Origin: Nemertoderma westbladi | Taxonomy: Eukaryota; Animalia; Xenacoelomorpha | NCBI GenBank assembly: GCA_032718475.1 | Contig: JAUCBJ010006867.1 | Location: forward strand, 42,487 to 106,486 | Direction: 5' to 3' | Length of the DNA stretch: 64,000 bases | Shown here: piece after piece, positions 1-10,910 of the stretch | Layout of the letters: every line of letters starts with the position of its first letter | Position numbering within the stretch: position 1 is the first letter of the stretch | The notes under the pieces: generated by a model | What the model was told of the DNA's origin: nothing | Database searches by the model: none | Seen by the model: the letters and a program-made list of their open reading frames with translations, nothing else | Program-made: the position numbers and the translations under genes

Positions 1-1299
1 CTAATCAGTAATTATTTGTTGTAACTAAGAAATAGAAATCAATCAAAGAGAAAAGGGGCGCCTACCTAAGTATTCGTAATCATAGGCACACTTCAGTAAC
101 ACACCAATCAGCGTCAGCAATCACAGATCATAATAGTACAACTTGCAATTATACAATCTGCAATTATATAATTCGCAACATAATAATTCGCAATTGACTA
201 ATTCGCAATCTACTTACTCGCAACTTACTTACTTACTGTAAGGTATGCAGGCCCCTCCCGGGTACATCTAGGCTCCCTAACTAACCCAATTCCTGCCCCC
301 CTAATACTAAATAGAGACAAAACCTGGATCATCAGCCCCCTAATTACTGTACCAGCGAGCGGTCTCCAACCTACAGTCCAAATTGCCCGACCGCAACGTT
401 GACCCCCCCGCCAGCGTTGCCCGCCTTTGAATCCTCCGCACTCCCTTAGTCGCTCAACCCCCCGATGTGCCCACCGCCTACTGGCACCTTAGCCCTCCAT
501 TATGCTAATAGCTACCGTAGCGGCGCATGCAAATCACAAAGTCTGACAGTCTCAGAAATCCCTTAGGATTATTGCGTAGAAAGGAATCACATAGAACCAT
601 TAACAAAAGGTAGAAATCATAGTTCCGGTTGTAATTAGCAGTAATCGATAGGATTAATTGAGAAACACAATCAAGAATAATCGCACTAGCAAATCATTTT
701 GAGAAATTAATCAAAATTTAGCAAATTGCAGAAATACGCTAAAGGTTGGTGATAGGTACAGCTCTACCGGCACACCGCCAATTTATAGGTGATCCGAGTG
801 GGGTGATGCAATAGGGTGACTCAATCGCTCTCCTATTGGCTCTCCAGTCCGCGCTAGCATTAGACCAACCTGGAAGCAGTTAGTCCAATAAGGAGGCCGG
901 ATTGTAGCCCTATTGCTGCCCAAACCTCAAATTATTACCATATATGGTAATGGATCATGTCCCTGGCTGCTGAATGGCCAGGACAGCATCCCTATATCTA
1001 GCCCTATCAAAACTAATAACAGCAAGCACAAAATCCAGGGTCCGACTAAACTTGCTACCCTGGAACTATCTACCTATATCCTAATACAAAATTACGTAGG
1101 TAGGGCTACATACTATACAAAATGGATGGATTCAAATATATGGGCGTTTTGATTTCCCTATCTAAATATCACCTCGCTATTATACCTTATCTAAAATATT
1201 ATGCTGCACAACGGACTAATATTGCGTACAGTATAACGGACTAATATATTATACTGCATAATGGCTAATAATGTGGATACAGCGCCATATACCGTAACA
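1..1299 (-). repeat. 3' LTR of element A (partial)
   Basis: Direct repeat of 11777-13075; begins TGTTACGG on minus at 1299, preceded by a PPT-like TTGGAGCGG. Confidence 0.95.
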
Positions 1300-1308
1300 C
1301 CGCTCCAA
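1300..1308 (-). other. Polypurine-tract-like site of element A
   Basis: Minus-strand TTGGAGCGG abuts the 3' LTR; element C has TTGGGGCGG at the same position. Confidence 0.75.
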
Positions 1309-2100
1309 GGGAAATCATATAATGTTTCCCTCCAATTGTAGAAGAGTATAAGGTGATGTATACAAACAAAATAAATTTCTTCCAAATAATCTAAATACTT
1401 GATACTATAAATCCTACTATTTACAAAATATTGCTATAGATATTGCATAATGAATTGCATACAAATTAAATTTACAAATATTATCTCTCTCATACAAATT
1501 AAATTTACAAAATATTGTTTCTCGTTCGTTCTACATAATGATTACTACATACAAAATTAAATTTACAAAATATTACTTCCTTTATTTATTTACAAATAGA
1601 CGGTCTACATATTGAAATGGAACATGGCTAGGGCAATGTCCCCCATTTCCCATCTCAATTAACGATCAACATTAACAAGATAAACTAAATATAAACGTAT
1701 TTGAGGCTAAATTTTTAACTAAATTGCATTAAAGGCCGATAATCAAATTAAATATAAAATACGTAATAATTTCTTTCATTTTCGGACTTTACTTAATTTC
1801 TTATAAAAGCGCAAATCATCTTGGTTTGATGATTGCTCAGGTAAGTGAAAGGAGTAAGCCAAACCCGCGGGTTTGTCTCCCCAATCACTTCCTTTGCCTC
1901 TTTCAATAAACTTTAGAGCAAATAAAGTCATATACACAAATCAAATATAATATAGGCTCAAAATCATATTTCCAACGGACTATAAAATAAAAGTATTTCC
2001 TTTCAATATTTTTCGGCCTTCGAAAACAAATTTCTAAAATATGGATACGACTAGTGTATATGAGTCCAGTCGAATGATTGATCAAAACCTACGATATACA

Positions 2101-5100
2101 TCAGAGCGACGATCCTTTATTCTGTGCCGCTTTATGAGCCGCGTTCAACTCGCTATTCCCTCCGACAAAGTTTGTACCCTTATCGGAGTAGAACGCCTTT
2201 ACTAGTCCTCTCCTGGCCATAAATCTCCTTAAGGCCAGGAGCAGAGATTTGGTCGACATGTCTGCCACACGCTCAATGTGTATGGCTCTACTAGCCATAC
2301 ATGTCAGCAGCAGGCCCCATCGCTTGTGGGTCAGCCGTCCACTCTTTGCTTCAATCGGACCAAAACAGTCCACCCCTGTGTTAGTAAAGGGTGGGTCATA
2401 TGCCTGCACTCTCGCTTCCGGGAGTTCAGCCATCTCCTGTTCCAATACTCTGGCGTTCACCCTCTTGCAAACCAGACAGGCGTCGTACATAGTGCCTACT
2501 GCCCTGCTTGGCTGCAATAGAATGAATCGCTGTCTCGCTGCCGACAAACAGTGTAACCTTCCCGCGTGATGTAACCGCTTGTGTATATCCCATAGAATCG
2601 CTCTTTGCAATTCTATTGGGTGACTAGGGATTATCACTGGGAACCGAAACTGTGAGTTTATGTCGACAGTCTGGATTCTCGATCTATGACAAATTAAACC
2701 CTTATGGATTAATGGACTCCATTTTTTAAGGGGTTTATAGAGAACTGGTCGTTGAGCCGATAATGAATGGAATTCTTTTGGGAAGGCACACATTTGATAA
2801 TGCTTCAAATGCTTTAATTCCGCTTGATCAATCTCATCCTCTGTCAGAGGTTGTTTCAATTTCCGAATTCGCTCACTATTGGTGCTCGATGGTTCTCCTA
2901 AATGTTCCGAATGTTTTAAACAAAGGTACGAAATGTATCGGCTTAACCACGCAGTTCTTTTACAAATTGTCAGCCAAGAGGCAGACGAATTTAGTAATTT
3001 GTCATAAACACTGCATGACTCTAATGCCAGCGACGGTTGTCCGCTAATTGATGGAAGTTTCGAATCCAAACCCGCAGGTTTGGAAACCAAAGGCTCCATT
3101 TTGTCGGTCATTTTCTGTCCGTCACTTACCAACTGTGACTCCGGTTTAGTCTGTAAGGGTGGTTTTACGTCATAACTTACCCTTCCGGACCTAGTAGTCA
3201 CATAAGTCTGTTGGTCTGACAGGTCTCCAGGCCGCTCCAATGACTTAAGTTTGGCTTTAGACTTCGACTTAGAGACTTTCTCCACCTTGACTTCTGCATC
3301 TTCGGGCATCGGATTGGTCACTATCTTCAGTCGCTCCGGCCAATGTTCCTGTGTCCTCGTTAGAAAATCAGGTCCATGCAACCAAAACTCCTGGGACTCT
3401 TCCTGACAGAATTCTGCCGGCATTGCACCTCTCGAAGTTATGTCGGCCGGGTTTAACACTCCCGGACAATGTCTCCATTGTTCCTTCGTCGAAAAGTCGA
3501 CGATCTGAGCGCGTCTGTTGGCCACAAATGTCTTTAGTGCAATATTGTCGGCCGCAATGTATACTAACACTAAGGATGCGTCCGTCCAATAGAATAAGGT
3601 CAATGTCGTGTCTAACTCCTCAGTTATTTGCTTACTTACCTCGACTGAAACTACAGCCGCCTGTAACTCTGCACGAGGGACAGTCATGTATTTGACCGGC
3701 ATTGTCTTTGATCTAGAAGTCACAAAGGCCGTCTCAAACTTGTCCTGACTTACCTCTCGGCGAAGGTAGGCTACCATACCAAAGCCGGTGTCACTTGCGT
3801 CACTGAACAGATGCAGTTCGAGATCAGCTGGAAATACCAGCTGATTCGGAAAGTAGGAACGGGGTACGTCTATGTTTTTCAATAGATGTAACTCGGCTTC
3901 CCACTCCCTCCACTGCTTTGCATGTATAGGAGATATTGGTTTGTCCCACTCTAAGTCGGACAACCAAATTTTCCTCATGCACGCTCGTGCTTGTAATATA
4001 ACCGGACTGATAAAGTTCATCGGGTCAAATAGTCTACTTAATGTCGATAAGCAAATCCTCTTAGTCAAAACTTTGTCTGGGCTACTGGGCTCAAATCTAA
4101 CTCTTACCTGGAACTTATCTGAGTTCGGGTTCCAAGCGAGTCCCAGTACTCGCGCCATGGGGATTGGTTCTACCCCCAATTCAATGTCTCCGCTCCCGCG
4201 ATCTTTCACCGGGAACGATTCTAATAGGGCCTCCGAGTTCGTAGTGAACTTGGTCAGAGGAATACCCCCTGTAGCCAAGCACTCTTGCAGGCCGTGAGCC
4301 ACTTCTATGGCTTGTTCCGCTGTGTCCTTGGACACCAATCCGTCGTCCATGTAGAAGTTTCTCAATATAGACTCAATTACCTCTACTGGATACTTACCAA
4401 TCTGGGCTGTTGCCGTTTTCTTTAGAACAAACAGCGTGCCATTTGGACTATCGCGGGCGCCAAATATCCTAACGTACATCTGGTATGTAACCACTGGGCC
4501 GGATAAGTCTTCATTCTCATACCAGAGAAAGCGAAGGCTATCCCGGTCTGCCTTACAGGCTCTTACCTGGTGGAACATCGCCTCGATGTCACAAGTAAAT
4601 GCGAATCGCCGCTGTCTAAAACGCAACAGTATTCCAATCAAATAGTTATTCAGGTTGGGACCATCCATCAACTCTGAATTCAGGGACATACCTCTATAGA
4701 CTGCTGCGCAGTCGTTGACTACTCGGACTTTGTCTGGCTTGTCAGGGTGAGTCACATAGTGGTGTGGAAGGTAATAAGTCTGGTCTGTCACTAAGTCAGG
4801 GTCCTCTACCTTCCCAGCAAATCCCTTGGCAAAATAGTTGTTGATCTGGGCGCAATACTTCTCCCTAATGCCTGGATTCTTCAACAACCGAGCCCTTACT
4901 CCGTTTAATCTTTTCAAGGCTAAGTTGTAGTTGTTCTCCAACTTAGGTGGTTGTCGACGCCACAACATTCCAACTTCAAAATGTCCAGTCGGTAGCAGAC
5001 GTATGGTGTCTTCCATCATCTCCAGCGACCGCTTCTCATCAGTGGACATGGCTAGGTCATATCCACCGGGTTCCATTGCGTCCCTATCCAGCCATTCGAC

Positions 5101-5277
5101 GGTTCTGGCTCCTGTCTCGAGGTCCTGGCGTATCAATTCCTTCTGTAGCTCCTCCTCACTGTACTGGAAAATGTCTAGGTCTCGATATTTAGCCACTTGA
5201 CCCTCCACTATGTCGGTATAAGTCAAAACGTTAGTCAGATAAGTAGCGTGGGCCGCTGAACCAGACCCACGGGTCTG
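2101..5277 (-). pseudogene. pol: BEL/Pao Pol (RT, RNase H, C-terminally truncated integrase) of element A
   Basis: YYLPHH, DIEAMFHQV, FYMDD, LHLFSDAS, HCPGVLNPAD, HHCC zinc finger, GVDCFGP and SDKGTNFVG. It then ends abruptly and lacks the integrase half present in related element C. In frame with the upstream ORF across a single TAA at 5278-5280. Confidence 0.92.
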
Positions 5278-7818
5278 TTAACAGTAGTCCTCGGGTTCAC
5301 TATCTGTCCGGTTGTTATGAAGTGGTTCCGACAACCTAACATTATCGGGAATCAACTCCTCGTCCAACTCGCTAAAGTCACTATAGTGGTCAATACAGGT
5401 TCTCCTAAACTCGTCTATGTCTGGTGGTTCTACTAACGGTGGTTGAGTTATAGGCTGTAATTCATCGTATCTGTTTATTGGCTTGTCGCCACCTGTAAAC
5501 TCATAAGACATGGGTACTCGTGTATACCAACCTAGTATGGTCCTATGGGCATGTGGTCCATTGACATGCGGCTCAGCTGGTTTCGTTTCCCATATCTGGT
5601 GTGCGATCAGCTGTTCTGCACCAATCAACATAGAAACATTCCTATAACCTACCTGATGTCTCGGTATCCTGAGCTTGTCAAAATACTCCTGTGCTATGGG
5701 ACTCATCGGCGGCACCTTTCCTAACTGCCTGCCGAATCCCTTCATAGCTAGACACTTAAATCCGTCCAATGGCAAAGCTTTCCGTTCTTGTCGAGTGTGT
5801 TGGTCTCTCGGAAGTAGGGAGTCTAGTTCTACCGAAATTCTGTGTCCCGTGAGGTCTCCTACTCCATGCATAGACTTCAACTCTATTTGGATCTCCTCGG
5901 CGTCCTGGAAGCTAGAAACGGCTCTCGCCACTTCCTCGTCGATATACGATAATGTGGACGCAGTGTCCAACATCATATATATTCTCTTCGATCCCTTATC
6001 GCCAGTAAGTTTCACCGGAATCACGCTAAATATTTCCGACGTGGCCGATGATAAATACGTCCGCGCGCTGGTCGATGAACTATCCGTGGTGAAACCTTGG
6101 CAGGTCACTTCTCTCGCGCTCAACTCGCCATCCTCGTCCGACGAACCTGGTTGGTAACCATCGTCCTGGATGCCGGTATACGTATTCCTCCTTATCGATA
6201 CGGGTTCTTTGCTCCCCTTCCTTTGAGGATTTCGCTGTAAGTAACGGTCCGTTGGGGTATGGAAATCCGCATGTAGCAACTTGTGATGTAGTCTGCCGCA
6301 CTCCATGCATCTGTCCTTGCTGTTCGGGCACTGCCGCCGTACATGACCTGGCGCAAGACATGCCCAACAGGTGTCCAACGTCCGCACTTGAACTCTTCTC
6401 TGTTCCGAATTTAATTCTTTGAACCGTCTGCAACTATCTAACTTATGATCGTCAGATCTTACCTCCTTTAGTAAACAGTATTGGCAACCTACAAATCCAT
6501 CCGGCAACTCCTGTTGCTTTAACCTAGGTCTATCTAACCGCTCACCTGACCATACTCGCGAGTCTGATCTAAAGGCTGGGGTACTCGAATTATATCTGTC
6601 TACTGAGTTAAATGTCACAGTGGTCCTGTCATCGTCAAAACTTACCATAGACTTACCGGTAACAGGTTTAGACTCTCTCATATTCTCTTCTGAGAAGTTT
6701 GATTTCATCTCTGCTACTGCGTCTGTGGCTATCATGTCATGAATATGCTGAAGTGTCAATACTTTACCTTGGCCCTCCAACTTATTCTCTAATTTGCGCC
6801 ATTTCTGTCGATAACGCATGTTTAAACGTCTTATTACGCTTTTCAAAACTTCGGCGTGATCACCATGATGAGGTAGATTCACCGTCCTCAAGATGTCCAA
6901 TGCGTTCGAAATAGCGTTCGCTAAGTTCAACAGCTCTAACGGAGTTGTAATCCTTCCGCCCTTACCCAAGTCTTCTACTATCGACTGCGCCATCTTGGTT
7001 TTATTCCCGTAGATGTCGCTAAGCGTCTTCATCGCTAACTCGAATGCTCTTTCATTGCCAACGAAGTTATCAGCAATGGCTCTAGGTTCTCGATGGAGCA
7101 TCTGAAGCAAATAGTTGAACTTCTCGTTGGGAGTAAAGGTGCTGTTGGTTAGCTGCTCGTCGACATAGGTTTTGAAGGTCCTCCAGTGTTTATGGTTGCC
7201 CATAAACTTCTGGGGTTGTTGCGTCGGCAGTCCTTGCCTAGCAGCAAACTTACCTATGTCCCTAAGGGTTGCGTCGTTCCGGGTTAACAAATGGTTTAGT
7301 TCTGCAGGGTTGTTAAGTCTGGTCCTTTCCCGGTGGTTCCAACTTACCTGCTCCGCATCCGTCCTTCTTTCCTTATAGTTTCGGGACTTCTGACGTCTCA
7401 TGTCTTCCTCTTCATCGCTTGACTCGGTGTCAGTCCTTAGCGCTCGCGATGGTTTGCGCGCCGAGGCCCTGACCCAGGCCTCCTGTATAAATTTCTCGGC
7501 CGAATTTTCGAAATTGGGATTATGAATATTCGGGACAGGCGTCCTTACCTGAGGTCTATGTGGTATAGTTTCCTCCGATATACGTACTCGTTGACTAGGC
7601 TGGACTTTATCTAACTCAGGCCTGCTGGGATTTGAATTACTTCTTACCTGGGCTGCTTCCTTTAACCGTAGGTTGCTAAGCATGTCCGTTATAGGTTGGA
7701 TGTGCGGCGATATAGCTTGCGCTAAACTAGCACTTAACTCATCCCTCGTAATAAATTCCTGGCTAGGGTTCTGTTGTATAGTCGGCTCTATCTGAGTAAT
7801 CCGCTCGCTGTCTCTCAT
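5278..7818 (-). CDS. gag: BEL/Pao Gag core plus aspartic protease of element A
   Basis: FAARQGLPTQ..KFMG Gag region; knuckles CQYC..H..C, CWAC..GH..C, CMEC..HH..LH; protease MLDTAS. Confidence 0.9.
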   Translation of the reverse strand: MRDSERITQIEPTIQQNPSQEFITRDELSASLAQAISPHIQPITDMLSNLRLKEAAQVRSNSNPSRPELDKVQPSQRVRISEETIPHRPQVRTPVPNIHNPNFENSAEKFIQEAWVRASARKPSRALRTDTESSDEEEDMRRQKSRNYKERRTDAEQVSWNHRERTRLNNPAELNHLLTRNDATLRDIGKFAARQGLPTQQPQKFMGNHKHWRTFKTYVDEQLTNSTFTPNEKFNYLLQMLHREPRAIADNFVGNERAFELAMKTLSDIYGNKTKMAQSIVEDLGKGGRITTPLELLNLANAISNALDILRTVNLPHHGDHAEVLKSVIRRLNMRYRQKWRKLENKLEGQGKVLTLQHIHDMIATDAVAEMKSNFSEENMRESKPVTGKSMVSFDDDRTTVTFNSVDRYNSSTPAFRSDSRVWSGERLDRPRLKQQELPDGFVGCQYCLLKEVRSDDHKLDSCRRFKELNSEQRRVQVRTLDTCWACLAPGHVRRQCPNSKDRCMECGRLHHKLLHADFHTPTDRYLQRNPQRKGSKEPVSIRRNTYTGIQDDGYQPGSSDEDGELSAREVTCQGFTTDSSSTSARTYLSSATSEIFSVIPVKLTGDKGSKRIYMMLDTASTLSYIDEEVARAVSSFQDAEEIQIELKSMHGVGDLTGHRISVELDSLLPRDQHTRQERKALPLDGFKCLAMKGFGRQLGKVPPMSPIAQEYFDKLRIPRHQVGYRNVSMLIGAEQLIAHQIWETKPAEPHVNGPHAHRTILGWYTRVPMSYEFTGGDKPINRYDELQPITQPPLVEPPDIDEFRRTCIDHYSDFSELDEELIPDNVRLSEPLHNNRTDSEPEDYC

Positions 7819-9769
7819 ATGATCCCTCTTCCGGTTTAACCCGGAAGTTCTCCGTCGAACTGGGTCGGCGCTCCGTCCGCGTATTCCAAACCCGCGGGTT
7901 CGGTTCGCCCAATACTCGGCCCGTCGGAGTTTCTACTCTAAATTCTTCGTTGTCGCGTTCGGTGTATAGTGGTGCGGTGTTCTGATGCCGTGGATTCTGC
8001 GCGATAGGTGAAGCACTAATACCAACTGGCGTGCGATATGTAGAGAATGGTTTAGCGATCCGTGTACTCGTAATAGCTGGACCGGGTATAGGAATTCTGG
8101 TTGTCGTCGACTCGCGTATGGTCGGAGTTCTCGCTTCCTGTTCGGCCTTCTGCAGTGCGAACAGTTCTCGCAACTCTGTCCCTACACTCGCCCCACATTC
8201 TTCGATCATTCGCATCCCCTTCTCGGCGATTTCATTCGCCTTCCTAGTCCGTTCTTCGCTCTCTAAACTTAATCTCGCTCTTTCCAACTGCGCCAGTTTA
8301 CGTTCTTCTTCTTCCCTCGCTCGTCTCGCTGCGCTCTCTTCTTCCACACGCGCCTTTTCTTCATACAACGCTTGTCGCTCTTTCTCGATCTCGAGTTCGC
8401 GTTCCTTACGTTCGCGTTCAAGTTGGAATTCGCGTTTCTTCTGTTCGCGCTCGAATTGAAGTTCGCGTTCTTTCGCTTCCCATTCGCGTTCAAGTTGGAG
8501 TTCGCGTTCTTTCTGTTCGCGTTCTTTCTGTTCACGTTCAAGTTGGAGTTCGCGTTCAAGTTGGAGTTCGCGTTCAAGTTGGAGTTCGCGTTCCTTCTGT
8601 TCGCGTTCCGCTTGCTCACGCTTACCTTTCTCTTCCAGCTCGCGCAACTTCACGTCTAACTTACGTGTTCGCTCCCTTTCCCGCTCGGCTTCCTTCCATG
8701 CTTCCGATGCACGCAAAACTTCCGCCTGTTGTTCGTCCAGTCGGCGTCTTCTCTCCTCCGCCGAGTTGTGAGAAACAAGGGATCTAGCACATATGACCTT
8801 ACCTCGCGCGTGACTAACCTGGGAATCGCCACTGTCTCTAGATGCATCATCGGGTGGAGTTAGCGTCCTCTGTTGGATGTTCTCCGTCGTCGGTAGCACC
8901 TGGCCCGGTACCACCACTCCATTCTGCATCAGCCAGCTAGTAACTTCCCTCTGATACCGGCGCTCTTCTTTATCTTGGATCTCTTCTCGCTCCACTAAGT
9001 CTCTCAACTCTGCGTCACTCACCTGAGTCGCCTGCGCTTGTGATGCCCATAGCAGCCAGTTCTCCGTCCTAACTCGTCGGAATCGCTCCGATAACTCGCG
9101 GTGCTCCAACAAGGCTGCTAAAACCCTGTCGTAAATCCTCGTCGCCACGTCGCTCGACTGAGACTCTACTGCCTTCTTCGCTAGGACTGCAAGCTCCTCC
9201 GTCTGCTTGAATAACGCTGAGTTATATCCTCTTCTAATCTCTACTAACTCTACCCTTCCGATGTTCGCTGAATCAGCTAACATCTTCCTTACCTTGTCCG
9301 TCGTCCGAGTTATATGTCCGGCGTGCGCGCGAAGTTTCTTCTTTATTGCGATATCAAGTTCTCTCTCGCTTACCTGACTCACACTCGGTGGACTTGAAGG
9401 ATTATTTCGGGAACTACGGGTACTCCTTACAGCCGTCGGGACCACGGCACTTACCATACCCACAGGTCTGGAAACCGGGCTCCGGGCTCTCGCTTCTGCT
9501 ACACTACCCTCCCTATCACTCACCTCTGTCCGGGTTGCTGTACAATCCTTCCTTACAGTAGCGGTAGGGGATCCTAATACTATTACCTGAGGTAGTTCTT
9601 CTTCCTCACTAGTCACTGTCTCGTCCTCCTGTTCACTTACGTCAGCGTCGCTCGCTGCGTCGTCATAGTCGGCATTGTCGTCAACAGTAATATTTACGCT
9701 ATCGTCAGTCGGCGGTCCGGCCGCCGTCTCATAGCTGTCCTCTAGTGCCTCTTTGTCTGAGACACTCAT
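7763..9769 (-). CDS. N-terminal Gag extension of element A (acidic region, then long coiled coil), frameshifted from the Gag core
   Basis: 668-aa ATG-initiated ORF directly upstream of the Gag core and overlapping it in another frame; E/R/K-rich repeats. Confidence 0.75.
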   Translation of the reverse strand: MSVSDKEALEDSYETAAGPPTDDSVNITVDDNADYDDAASDADVSEQEDETVTSEEEELPQVIVLGSPTATVRKDCTATRTEVSDREGSVAEARARSPVSRPVGMVSAVVPTAVRSTRSSRNNPSSPPSVSQVSERELDIAIKKKLRAHAGHITRTTDKVRKMLADSANIGRVELVEIRRGYNSALFKQTEELAVLAKKAVESQSSDVATRIYDRVLAALLEHRELSERFRRVRTENWLLWASQAQATQVSDAELRDLVEREEIQDKEERRYQREVTSWLMQNGVVVPGQVLPTTENIQQRTLTPPDDASRDSGDSQVSHARGKVICARSLVSHNSAEERRRRLDEQQAEVLRASEAWKEAERERERTRKLDVKLRELEEKGKREQAEREQKERELQLERELQLERELQLEREQKEREQKERELQLEREWEAKERELQFEREQKKREFQLERERKERELEIEKERQALYEEKARVEEESAARRAREEEERKLAQLERARLSLESEERTRKANEIAEKGMRMIEECGASVGTELRELFALQKAEQEARTPTIRESTTTRIPIPGPAITSTRIAKPFSTYRTPVGISASPIAQNPRHQNTAPLYTERDNEEFRVETPTGRVLGEPNPRVWNTRTERRPSSTENFRVKPEEGSYERQRADYSDRADYTTEP
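8380..8625 (-). repeat. Coding tandem repeats (ERELQL / EREQK units)
   Basis: Repeated GAACGCGAACTCCAACTT (18 nt) and GAACGCGAACAGAAA (15 nt) units on minus. Confidence 0.85.
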
Positions 9770-10898
9770 AGTCTAAATAATGTTTTGCCTTCCGGCAAAA
9801 ATCTCGCAAAAGTTCGAGATATAATTATAATTTAACCGAAATACGGTCAAATTAATTGTCAAATAATCAGTTGGTCCAAAATGTCAAAATAAATTCGCAA
9901 TGCAATATTGTGAATTTAATAAGATATAGTTATAGCAAATACTAGCACAATATTTAAACAAAAATATTATTATATAGCTATTATATAGCATTTAAATACC
10001 GGTATGACACAAAATAATTTCTGAATCTAATACAAAATATTCAGAATGAATTTGCCACCCAAATAATTCCAATTTTGCATATATAGCTCTAATCAACGTA
10101 ATTTTAATTTCAAATAATATATGTATCCACTAGCGCGTGGCTACATCTTCGGGTTGCGACTCTCTCTAACTCTCTCTCTAACTTGAGCGATTCAAAAAAC
10201 CATGGCCGGCTAAACCTAAATATCCTAACTAATAAATTGAGTTCAGCTTCGCAGTTAAACAACCGATAATTTTTTACTGCTTCCACAAACACAATGGTGC
10301 CAACAGAACAACTAACCTTGTTTGCTGTGAGATTCCACGTCCGCGTCCAAAGATTCAGGCTTTTCGCTGATTGCAAACCGAACCCGCAGACCCACACGAA
10401 CCCCAAACTCAGAAGTCCCGTCTTACCATGTATCTCCAGATGGTATAAAATAACTAAGCGGTTACCTAACATACCGGTACAAAACTCTAGAATTTTACAA
10501 AATAATTTTGACCGAAACTGAATTCTCGCAAACCTAGCTAAAATTTTCAAAAAACTTACTAATTACAATTTGCCCTAAGGCCTAAGGAACTGCTGTATTC
10601 GCAATTAGTAAAAACGCACTACCGTACATCCACTGTATGCAGTACAGTAAGTAAAACAGTACACCAACCTAACAGCCTAATGATACTGTATGTGGTACGG
10701 CAAAACAAATGTCCCTTCTACCGTACGCAGTAACAGCAATCAGCCTAATGTACTACTGTACTATTGTACGCAACCAGTGAATACAGTAATCTAAACAAAC
10801 AGCCTAAGGATACACTCTCTGTCTTACTGTACGCAGTACAGTGCCTAATACAGTAATCTTAATCTTACTTTACTGTACGCAGTACAGCAAAACAAAAA

Positions 10899-10910
10899 TA
10901 CATACCTTAC
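10899..10910 (-). other. Putative non-tRNA, self-complementary primer-binding site of element A
   Basis: Minus ...GTTTAACA|GTAAGGTATGTA pairs with LTR-internal TGCATACCTTAC (plus 12014-12025): 10 Watson-Crick pairs, one G-U, one more pair. The LTR end is inferred because the matching 3' LTR end lies outside the window. Confidence 0.55.

Noticed and set aside
913-1152. 79-aa ORF duplicated at 12689-12928, and similar duplicated ORFs in the LTRs of B and C
   Set aside because: Duplicated only because they lie in LTRs; no protein motifs, and several lack a true ATG start.
7763-7860. Programmed frameshift between the two gag ORFs of A
   Set aside because: No canonical slippery heptamer seen, and related element C has its lesions at other positions; most likely a mutation.
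10901-10910. PBS of A as a U1 snRNA-complementary or splice-donor site
   Set aside because: GTAAGGTATG resembles a donor but does not match CAGGTAAGTAT in register, the U1 5' end offers no 3'-OH primer, and C and D lack the motif.
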